Virus record (IMG/VR): IMGVR_UViG_3300028764_000001
DNA from: an uncultured virus (IMG/VR IMGVR_UViG_3300028764_000001)
Taxonomy: Duplodnaviria > Heunggongvirae > Uroviricota > Caudoviricetes
Reading direction: 5' to 3' (one strand)
DNA length: 20,000 nucleotides
Positions 8,184-15,719 of this stretch are shown here, piece after piece; position 1 is the first letter of the stretch; each line of letters opens with the position of its first letter. The position numbers and the translations under genes are program-made. The notes beneath the pieces are model-generated. The model worked only from the letters and a program-made list of their open reading frames with translations, had not been told where the DNA came from and searched no databases.

Positions 8184-9849
8184 AGTATTCTTATCACCAC
8201 AGTCTGCTACACCAGATTCTGTTACTGGTAAGACTAGTCAGGATGATATAGGCACTGTAATAATGAATACTAATATGACCCTATCAGGTGAGTCATCAAA
8301 GTATGGTGAAGGTGATACCTTTTCAATGGAGAATCAGAAAATATCATCCATGAGGATTATGACTGGTACTGGTAAAAACCTATGGAACCAGTTAAAGAAA
8401 ATGGCTAATCAGTTACCTAATGCACCATATATGATGGATAGCCGGGATGGTGGTATAGTTATACATAATCACCATTTCAACCAAACAACTAAGTTACATT
8501 ATACATATGCTGGTGGTAATGGCGAACTAATAAGGGTATCCTTTAAAACACAAAAGAAGGTTGCCCCATTAGATGTAACTGCTAGTTCAAAGATTGATCC
8601 AGAAACCAAAACAATAGAAACAACAGTTAAACAAGGTATCCAAGTACCATGGAGATTATACCAACCGATGTCTGAGGAAGATAGGAATAGTAGGCAATTA
8701 CAACAATCCTGGCATTCTGATGTTGATCCCATGGTAGCAGGTGGTAAACTATCCATGGATGACATACAAAAATCAATTATTAAGGGTAGGAGTATAAGTA
8801 GTAGGCCAAAACAACTATCAGAGCTTGAGATTCAGAAGGGTTACTATAAAAGGTATAAGTATGAGAAAGAAGTAAAAGATGAATATTCTAAAAATTATGA
8901 TATAACCCAGGAAGATGTTACCTCATATTTTAACCAGGCTAAGAGTAAGTTCACCAATTACCTTGCTGATGCTAAAAGGACAGGCAATATAGAGCCTCTT
9001 CTTAAATCCACTTCTATGGGTAAGTTTATAGTAAAGAAAAAAGTTACTATAAAGTCTTGGGTTAATCCATATGAGTATGCCCAAAAGGAAGGTAACAATA
9101 GTGGCAATCACCCAAAGGGGAGTTATAACTATGGTCTAGAGATAATGAAGAGTTCTCCTAATATTGTTGTATTAGATAAACTCAGCCCTAAGGGTACACA
9201 AAAATTTACTGGGGATGAAAACATAACTGGTAAAAATGCTAATGATCGTAACACTAAAGTATTAGCTATTGTTGATAAAGAGATTGAAATAGAGCTGGAT
9301 GGTGCAAGGGTATTTGCAGCTGCAACCCCCCAGCAAATTGCTGATATATATGCAGAGAATGACATATTAACTACTAGTTTAAAACAAGTAGTAGGTACAA
9401 TGGTAACAGTAGGTAGGCCAGAATTATGTACTAGTATGGTAATAGGTGTAGCTAATATATCTAATAAATACAGTGGTGGGTGGTATACTAAAAAAGTAAA
9501 ACATACATTCAATAATTCAGGGTACATATGCGAAGCTGAGATTATTAGGAATGGTACACCTATAACAGTTGCAACCACCCACTCTAGAGTTCATACACCA
9601 TCAGTATACAATGAGTTAAATAAGGTAGCTAAAGATAAAATAGCTGCAAATAATACTGTTGATACCTCAACTGAGGTTAAACAAGCATTAAAAACATATT
9701 ATGAAAAGAACCCAGGTAAGAAGGATACTAATATTGGTACAGTAGTTACACCTACATCTACAGGTACTAAAATTGAAATATATCCAGCTAAAGAAGAGAG
9801 GACTAATATATCTAATGCTAGGGAAGATGTAAAAAAGAAACTTAAATAA
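8164..9849 (+). CDS. Baseplate hub (gpD-like), middle and C-terminal part with a large insertion
   Basis: NQLKKMANQ...DSRDGGIVIH...YTYAGGNGEL (middle domain) and VGRPEL...YSGGWYTKKVKHTFNNSGY (C-terminal barrel of gpD/Vgr hubs). Confidence 0.68.
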   Translation: MPNKINKVFLSPQSATPDSVTGKTSQDDIGTVIMNTNMTLSGESSKYGEGDTFSMENQKISSMRIMTGTGKNLWNQLKKMANQLPNAPYMMDSRDGGIVIHNHHFNQTTKLHYTYAGGNGELIRVSFKTQKKVAPLDVTASSKIDPETKTIETTVKQGIQVPWRLYQPMSEEDRNSRQLQQSWHSDVDPMVAGGKLSMDDIQKSIIKGRSISSRPKQLSELEIQKGYYKRYKYEKEVKDEYSKNYDITQEDVTSYFNQAKSKFTNYLADAKRTGNIEPLLKSTSMGKFIVKKKVTIKSWVNPYEYAQKEGNNSGNHPKGSYNYGLEIMKSSPNIVVLDKLSPKGTQKFTGDENITGKNANDRNTKVLAIVDKEIEIELDGARVFAAATPQQIADIYAENDILTTSLKQVVGTMVTVGRPELCTSMVIGVANISNKYSGGWYTKKVKHTFNNSGYICEAEIIRNGTPITVATTHSRVHTPSVYNELNKVAKDKIAANNTVDTSTEVKQALKTYYEKNPGKKDTNIGTVVTPTSTGTKIEIYPAKEERTNISNAREDVKKKLK

Positions 9850-9859
9850 CACTACTATA

Positions 9860-10600
9860 ATGAATATCGGAGAAGTTATATCAGATAGGGGATTAGAAGC
9901 AATAGGCAGGTACTACTCTAAGTACCGTGCTATTGTTGTTGAAAATAAAGACCCAGATGACCTGGGTAAACTAGCAGTAATAGTACCACAAATTGGGATG
10001 AATAATTCAGTATGGGCATACCCCTGTATAAATGATGGTACAACTAAAGCTGGTTTTAAATGGCTAACACCTAAGATAGGTGCTATCATTTATGTAGAGT
10101 TCCAAATGGGTGACCCATTATACCCATTATGGTCTTATCATGGTTGGGCAAAAGGCGAGAAACCCAATGAGCTAAAAGGTTTAGATAATATAGGTTTTGT
10201 AACACCACATGGTCATATGGTTGTATTAAATGATATAACTGGGGAATTAACCATATCTCTAAAAGACCCTGAAAATGAGAAAAAAGAAGTAACAAATATC
10301 CATGCTAATAATGGGGAGTTTACTTTAGACACCACAGATGATATAGTAATAAAGGGGAGTAAGATACATATGATGGGTGCACAGGTTGGTACTACTTTAA
10401 CAGATAAGTTACTAATAAAATTAAACCTGCTAGAAACCGAGTTAAATACTTTAAAAGCCGCCCTAGCTACAAGCTCAGCAACTGCAGCATTACTACCAAT
10501 ACTAGTACCTACTTATGTTCCCCTTGCAGCTTGGTCTGCTTTACCCCCTTTAGTGTTAACCAAAATGATTGACATAGAGAATAAAGAAATACTACAATGA
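9860..10600 (+). CDS. Baseplate central spike (gpV / gp5 OB-fold)
   Basis: YYSKYRAIVVENKDPDDLGKLAVIVP...WAYP...PKIGAIIYVEFQMGDPLYPLW is the gp5/gpV OB-fold signature, followed by TPHGHMVVLND beta repeats. Confidence 0.9.
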   Translation: MNIGEVISDRGLEAIGRYYSKYRAIVVENKDPDDLGKLAVIVPQIGMNNSVWAYPCINDGTTKAGFKWLTPKIGAIIYVEFQMGDPLYPLWSYHGWAKGEKPNELKGLDNIGFVTPHGHMVVLNDITGELTISLKDPENEKKEVTNIHANNGEFTLDTTDDIVIKGSKIHMMGAQVGTTLTDKLLIKLNLLETELNTLKAALATSSATAALLPILVPTYVPLAAWSALPPLVLTKMIDIENKEILQ

Positions 10601-11031
10601 ATAATGACATACTAAAAAATGCTATAGGTTCTGGGGTATTATTCCCTATAGAATTAACCTTAACCAGTGACAATACCCATACTTGGGGGACAGTATCTGG
10701 TGATATATCTCTGATAGAGAATAATTTAAGGTCATTGCTATTTTACCAATTAGGGCAAAAGATAAGGGAAGAGAGTTTTGGTACCCGACTACAAGAATGC
10801 CTTGAAGAACAAAATACCCAATTACTAACTTTCCTAGTAAAACGATTTGTTATAACAAGTATAAAACTATGGGAGCCAAGAGTAGTATTACTAGCAAATG
10901 ATGTAATGGTTACCCAGGTAGATGAATTTCTAAATCTAACCCTATTACCAAAAGTAATTGTTACCCAAAATGTATTAAACATAGATTTTAATTATAACAC
11001 TAAAACAGGAAACCTATATGTCAACAACTAA
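10597..11031 (+). CDS. Baseplate gp25 / GPW-like sheath initiator
   Basis: GSGVLFP...LIENNLRSLL...GQKIREESFGTRL...IKLWEPRV motif. ATGA-coupled to the spike gene. Confidence 0.9.
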   Translation: MNNDILKNAIGSGVLFPIELTLTSDNTHTWGTVSGDISLIENNLRSLLFYQLGQKIREESFGTRLQECLEEQNTQLLTFLVKRFVITSIKLWEPRVVLLANDVMVTQVDEFLNLTLLPKVIVTQNVLNIDFNYNTKTGNLYVNN

Positions 11032-12730
11032 CCCATGGCTTAACCCTTTACAAAGGTCATATAACCAGATAAAGGCAAAACTTATTGAGAACTTAAAACT
11101 TAAGGTTCCAGAAATAACAGATTTTAGTGAGGGTAACATATTCATGATCCTTATTAGTATCTTTGCTTCTATTTCAGAAGTACTGCATTATTATATTGAT
11201 AACATGGCATCAGAAACTTTCTTTATAACTGCAAGAAGGTATTCTTCATTAAAGAAACATGCTAAGATGGTAGACTACCATATAAGGTGTGCAAACCCAT
11301 CTCAGGTAGATATATTGCTAAGCCTTGTAGATGGTGGAGTATTAGGCCAGGATATATACATACCATCAGGGATAGTATTTACATCATTAGATGGTAAACC
11401 CTATTTATCCACAAAAAACCTTATGTGGAAGGCTGGTAGTTATAGTATACTAGTTCCCGTAATACAAAAAGAGTTAGTAGAAGAGGTAACATTTGGTATA
11501 AATACATCAGATGACATTGTTATATACTTGGGTACATTAGGCAATGGCTTATTTTATGCAGAAGGCTCTATGTCAATAAGCTTAAGTGGTATACCATGGG
11601 AGTTGGTAGATACTTTTGCATATAGTAAACCAAATAGTAAACACTATATGGTAGAGTTAGATGATAACTACTTGCCATATATAAAATTTGGTAATGGTAC
11701 ATATGGTATGAAACCCCCAACTAATAGTACTATAGTTGGTAGTTTTTATGCTACTTATGGAGACCTAGGTAATCAACCAGCTGGTACTATTACAGCTATA
11801 CCCCAAACACTATTCTTTCAATTACCTGAGGGTGTAAGTATAACCTGCATAAACCCACATGCTTCAACAGGTGGTAGTAATTATGAAAACTTTGATATGG
11901 TAAAAGAAAACTTACCCCTAAGTATAAAGACCTTAGGTGTTGCCATATCAGCAGATGATTATGAATCAATTGCTAGGTTAGCACCAGGAGTAGATAAGGC
12001 ATACGTAAATTATAAATGTGGTAAGTTCATAGATATATATATAACCCCATATGCAGGTGGTATTGCTTCTAGTGGTCTATTAGATGATACCTATAAGTTC
12101 ATCCTTAAAAGGAAGGTGATTACCACTAGTATTAAACTATACCCCACAATTGAGGCCCATATAGTATTAGCTGCAACCATAACTGGTAAAAAATCGTTTA
12201 AAGCAAATGATATAAACCTACAGGTAATAAATTCACTATTCTCAAGCTACAGCTATAATACAAGCGATATTGCTAAACCTGTAAGGTTATCAGACCTATA
12301 TTCTTTAATTGATAACCTACCAATGGTGGACTTCCTTAAGATTGATAACCTGTATATCATACCCATTTTTACTAAAGTTGGTGCTACTACCCAGGTAATA
12401 AATATAAACTCTATAAATTTAATCACAGTATTAAACACTAACACCTATGTGATTAAGTTTAGTTCTATAGACGGTAAGTTACATATATTAAGAGGCAATA
12501 ACCAGGATACTGGGGTTACAATAACACCCAGCACACCAACTACTATAAACCTAGATGGAAATAACTGGCAGGTAAATATAAGTCCCCCCACTAGTGGAGT
12601 TTATACTAATGGTGATATGTGGAGATTCACCTTACCACAAAACAAAATTGACCAAGAGATAAGTGACTTTACCATCCCCATATTCAATGACATAAGCAAT
12701 ATCACCTTAGTTATAAATGAAGTAGTATGA
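11018..12730 (+). CDS. Baseplate wedge protein (baseplate J / T4 gp6-like)
   Basis: RSYNQIK...PEITDFSEGN...LHYYID...ETFFITARR...VDY, IKFGNGTYG, GGSNYE and AISADDYE are baseplate J / gp6 motifs. Confidence 0.92.
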   Translation: MSTTNPWLNPLQRSYNQIKAKLIENLKLKVPEITDFSEGNIFMILISIFASISEVLHYYIDNMASETFFITARRYSSLKKHAKMVDYHIRCANPSQVDILLSLVDGGVLGQDIYIPSGIVFTSLDGKPYLSTKNLMWKAGSYSILVPVIQKELVEEVTFGINTSDDIVIYLGTLGNGLFYAEGSMSISLSGIPWELVDTFAYSKPNSKHYMVELDDNYLPYIKFGNGTYGMKPPTNSTIVGSFYATYGDLGNQPAGTITAIPQTLFFQLPEGVSITCINPHASTGGSNYENFDMVKENLPLSIKTLGVAISADDYESIARLAPGVDKAYVNYKCGKFIDIYITPYAGGIASSGLLDDTYKFILKRKVITTSIKLYPTIEAHIVLAATITGKKSFKANDINLQVINSLFSSYSYNTSDIAKPVRLSDLYSLIDNLPMVDFLKIDNLYIIPIFTKVGATTQVININSINLITVLNTNTYVIKFSSIDGKLHILRGNNQDTGVTITPSTPTTINLDGNNWQVNISPPTSGVYTNGDMWRFTLPQNKIDQEISDFTIPIFNDISNITLVINEVV

Positions 12731-13524
12731 TAAATTTGAAAAGCTTAATAGACTTGTTACCTATATATTTCAAGGATAGGGACACATATAAAAATGAAGA
12801 AGAAGAAGGTATACTAGAAAGGTTCCTTCAGGTATGTGGTGATTACTTTAATGATGTTGTAACACCAGACATTGATAACACTGTAAATTTAATAGATATT
12901 GATGCTACAGATGAGATTTACCTAAACTATATCTGGGAGTTATTTGGGTCTATACCATACGCATATGGCATACTAATTGACACTAGATTATGGGACACAT
13001 ACAGCAATATCAGTAAAAATCAAGAAGCTTGGTTAAAGGCCATTGAAGCATTACCACCAAGGGCTAATGCTAGAGACCTATTAAAGTTTGCCATTCCCTT
13101 ATATAAGATACGTGGTACTATAAACTTCTACAGTGTCCTATTAAAGTTTTATGGGTACAAATGCATACTATCTGATCCAACAGGTGATTTTGTTAATCCT
13201 TACCCAGAGATTAGTTATTATGATAGTATACCTTACTATGATTCAGGTTTACTATACGACTCCAATGAAGTATATGATGAATCAAAAAACTGTTTAAGTT
13301 GTGTGGGTATAAGCCTAAGCATATACGTATCACATGAGGTTGATTATATGACACCTGATTTCTTTAGTAGGTTATGCTCTTTATTAAATAGGTTTAGGCC
13401 ATTAAATGTTAAACCTTTTGATAAATCAAACATACTATTATATAATAGGTTACCAAGTGAGTTAGTTTATGATTATGATGACTACATAACTGATTACTAC
13501 TTACAAAGCATGTTAAACATATAA
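12727..13524 (+). CDS. Baseplate wedge protein (P2 gpI-like)
   Basis: LLPIYFKDRD...LERFL...IDIDATDEIYLNYI...LYKIRGT is typical of gpI-like proteins. ATGA-coupled to baseplate J. Confidence 0.8.
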   Translation: MINLKSLIDLLPIYFKDRDTYKNEEEEGILERFLQVCGDYFNDVVTPDIDNTVNLIDIDATDEIYLNYIWELFGSIPYAYGILIDTRLWDTYSNISKNQEAWLKAIEALPPRANARDLLKFAIPLYKIRGTINFYSVLLKFYGYKCILSDPTGDFVNPYPEISYYDSIPYYDSGLLYDSNEVYDESKNCLSCVGISLSIYVSHEVDYMTPDFFSRLCSLLNRFRPLNVKPFDKSNILLYNRLPSELVYDYDDYITDYYLQSMLNI

Positions 13525-13543
13525 CAAATTAATATAAAAATAT

Positions 13544-14848
13544 ATGAGTGTAGTACCATCACAAAAAAGATACAGGGACTTCAAGTCGCCTGTTGAGTCT
13601 AAAGATTCTGCTGAGTCTCTTGCAATATTAAGTGGGATAGGTCCAAAATTTGGTTTTGATTATGTACCTGTTACTACTATAGTAGGGGATACTGTAAATA
13701 TCACTATTAGGTCAATAGAGAATAGTTCTCCAGGTCTATCTCCTGGTATAAAGAACAGGTACCTTGTAGATAAACTCCAAAACATACTATACCCCAGGGG
13801 GGGAGTTATTACACCTGATGGTATATTAACCCTAGTAACTGAAGACCTTAATATGTCATTCAATAAGTTGGGTGCATCAGTATTTATGGAAGGTGAATTA
13901 GCCTATGTAGAGGCTGTAATAGTTGCTAATCATTCTTATATAGAGGAGGAAGGTTTATTAAACAGTACTTCATTTGAGTTAATAGTGAATACAGATGAAG
14001 TTTCTATATATGAAGTTACAAAACCAGCTTGGGGTATAAATTCTTGGTTATCTCATCCTTCATTATCTGTACTGGATAAAAAAACTGAGATAGTAGTAGG
14101 ATTGTTAAAGGTTTATATTAATAACTCTAACACCACCTGTATACTGCCATATGACTACCAATGGCCTAATCCTATAAACCTATCCCAGAATACATGGGAA
14201 GCTTTCACTACTAATTACATCAATTTTAAGAATGGTACTAATGATAGCCTAACAGATGTTAATGAGCAAATAGGTTCACTATCTACTGCTTTATCTCAAC
14301 AGGCTACTGAAATTGGTACCAATACAGAAAACATCAATGGTACGATATTATCTATTAGGGGTTACAAGAAAACTTGCCAAGTTCTTAATAATGGTGTAAT
14401 GTTTTCCAGTAGTGGTCAATGGGACATGGTAGTTGGTGAAGAGCAATTTGTATATTCATTAGTTGGGCCGGGTCGTAGTGGCCATATAACTGGAAGGATG
14501 GCAATAAAGAGAGCAACTAACCCCCTCAATGAAGCACCCATAACCCTAACCTTTCCCTTAAGTACTGTACTTGACACAACAAAGATATTTACTGATCTAT
14601 ATGGTAAAAACTCAGATAACATTGAAGATAACAATGTAGTAACCCTAAAAACATCTATGGGGGCAAATGCTATATATAATTATGGCAGTGTAGTTGCTGT
14701 TAGTAGGTTAAATAAGAACCTAGTAGTACCAGGTCAATTATTCATAAATTCATCAAACCCAAGCAACCTTACTATATCCATGTTGTTAGCTGAGTTTGAT
14801 GTAACTGACATTGTAGACATATACTTCAATGGCAAGTTTCATTTCTAA
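13544..14848 (+). CDS. Putative tail fibre / baseplate-attached structural protein
   Basis: Last gene of the tail operon, after gpI. A central heptad-like segment (LTDVNEQIGSLSTALSQQATEIGTNTENIN) precedes a beta-rich C-terminal region. Call is positional. Confidence 0.5.
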   Translation: MSVVPSQKRYRDFKSPVESKDSAESLAILSGIGPKFGFDYVPVTTIVGDTVNITIRSIENSSPGLSPGIKNRYLVDKLQNILYPRGGVITPDGILTLVTEDLNMSFNKLGASVFMEGELAYVEAVIVANHSYIEEEGLLNSTSFELIVNTDEVSIYEVTKPAWGINSWLSHPSLSVLDKKTEIVVGLLKVYINNSNTTCILPYDYQWPNPINLSQNTWEAFTTNYINFKNGTNDSLTDVNEQIGSLSTALSQQATEIGTNTENINGTILSIRGYKKTCQVLNNGVMFSSSGQWDMVVGEEQFVYSLVGPGRSGHITGRMAIKRATNPLNEAPITLTFPLSTVLDTTKIFTDLYGKNSDNIEDNNVVTLKTSMGANAIYNYGSVVAVSRLNKNLVVPGQLFINSSNPSNLTISMLLAEFDVTDIVDIYFNGKFHF

Positions 14849-14878
14849 ATAAAGAATAGTTGTTGTTTTGTTGATGTG

Positions 14879-14917
14879 GCGAAGGTTTGGGTTACTTTAA
14901 CTCGGCCTTCGCTTTTT
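14879..14917 (+). terminator. Intrinsic terminator of the tail operon, overlapping the 3' end of the opposing gene
   Basis: GCGAAGGTTTGGGTTA-CTT-TAACTCGGCCTTCGC (14879-14912) followed by TTTTT (14913-14917). Its G-U pairs form only on the + transcript. Confidence 0.8.
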
Positions 14918-15539
14918 CGACTGTTATTTCTATTTCTTTCCTTAATGCAGTAATAAAATTAGAGTGGGTCTTAGTCCTTGGTAAGTCAAAAAAATCTAAT
15001 AACATAATAATGCTGGGTTTAGAGTTCTGAGTTTTCATCATATCTTTTATAAACTCAGGTGGATCATTCTGTACTTCAAATAACAGGAATGCATCTGGGC
15101 TTAAATTATTACGCATAAATGTATATAACCTATCCATCCTGGCTTGTATTAATTCACTTTCTGAATGATCTTCAATAAGCTCTTTGCTATCATCAAATAA
15201 ATCTTCCATACTTGTCAATGCTTGATAGTATTCTGACTGTTCAGTATAGGCCTTCCTAAGTAACCTATTTTTAAATGTCATAAGTGAACTTATAAGGGTA
15301 GCCCTTAAATGTTCTTCACTATATTCCCCCTGATACTTATTAAATACATAAAGAAACTTATCCCAGAAATAAGATTGGATAACATCATTGGGAACATTAA
15401 ACCTTCTCTCATCCACATTTCTAGCCAACCTTTTAACTAAAGGTTTTAAGTTACGGTATAGCTTATTAAAAAGCATCTCATCGTAATCCTCCATTACCTT
15501 CAACCTATGCAGTTCACTGCCATCACTATTTATTTCCAT
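14892..15539 (-). CDS. Phage-encoded sigma-70-family-like transcription factor
   Basis: FNKLYRNLKPLVKRLAR...NDVIQSYFWDKFLYVFNKY...LISSLMTFKNRLLRK resembles sigma region 2. RLYTFMRNNLSPDAFLLF resembles the start of region 4. ATG at 15539 is preferred because the TTG at 15563 is part of the promoter -7 box. Confidence 0.62.
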   Translation of the reverse strand: MEINSDGSELHRLKVMEDYDEMLFNKLYRNLKPLVKRLARNVDERRFNVPNDVIQSYFWDKFLYVFNKYQGEYSEEHLRATLISSLMTFKNRLLRKAYTEQSEYYQALTSMEDLFDDSKELIEDHSESELIQARMDRLYTFMRNNLSPDAFLLFEVQNDPPEFIKDMMKTQNSKPSIIMLLDFFDLPRTKTHSNFITALRKEIEITVEKAKAELK

Positions 15540-15560
15540 ATTTGAATTATTAATTATTTG

Positions 15561-15590
15561 CAAATATAATACATATTTTTATATATGCAA
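15561..15590 (-). promoter_or_regulatory. Bacteroidota housekeeping-sigma promoter (-33 TTG / -7 TAnnTTTG) for the sigma-like gene
   Basis: The minus strand reads TTG-catatataaaaatatgtat (19 nt)-TATATTTG, 21 nt upstream of ATG 15539. This matches the Bacteroides/Flavobacterium consensus and spacing. Confidence 0.78.
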
Positions 15591-15611
15591 TGGAAAGCTA
15601 GCACAATTTTT

Positions 15612-15678
15612 CACCTTAGTAGTATACTTTATGTGGATTGATATTAGGAGATGCTAGCTTATGTACACCTGAGTACTA
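15612..15678 (+). repeat. Imperfect 13-bp direct repeat CACCTnAGTAnTA in the divergent intergenic region
   Basis: CACCTTAGTAGTA (15612-15624) and CACCTGAGTACTA (15666-15678) are 11/13 identical and start 54 bp apart. Confidence 0.5.
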
Positions 15679-15719
15679 CTATATACTATTATAATACAAT
15701 AAACAACATTAACTCTAAC

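Noticed and set aside
376..14848. Bacterial extracellular contractile injection system (eCIS/tailocin) locus
   Set aside because: A TP901-type tape measure, a virion morphogenesis gene, a chaperone frameshift and adjacent helicase/primase genes indicate a phage. No Afp15-like AAA ATPase or effector genes are seen.
14855..14877. TTG-rich tract whose reverse complement resembles the CAA-rich leader at 3471-3493
   Set aside because: Low-complexity similarity with only two instances, and no minus-strand gene lies downstream of it.
15540..15563. TTG start at 15563 for the sigma-like ORF
   Set aside because: This TTG is part of the -7 promoter box and would lie upstream of the transcription start. 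ATG 15539 fits better.
15651..15719. N-terminal extension of DnaB from ATG 15651 with an upstream AGGAG
   Set aside because: AGGAG abuts the ATG with no spacer, the other genes lack SD motifs, and the extension is low-complexity (YYYNTINNINSN) and overlaps the putative regulatory repeats.
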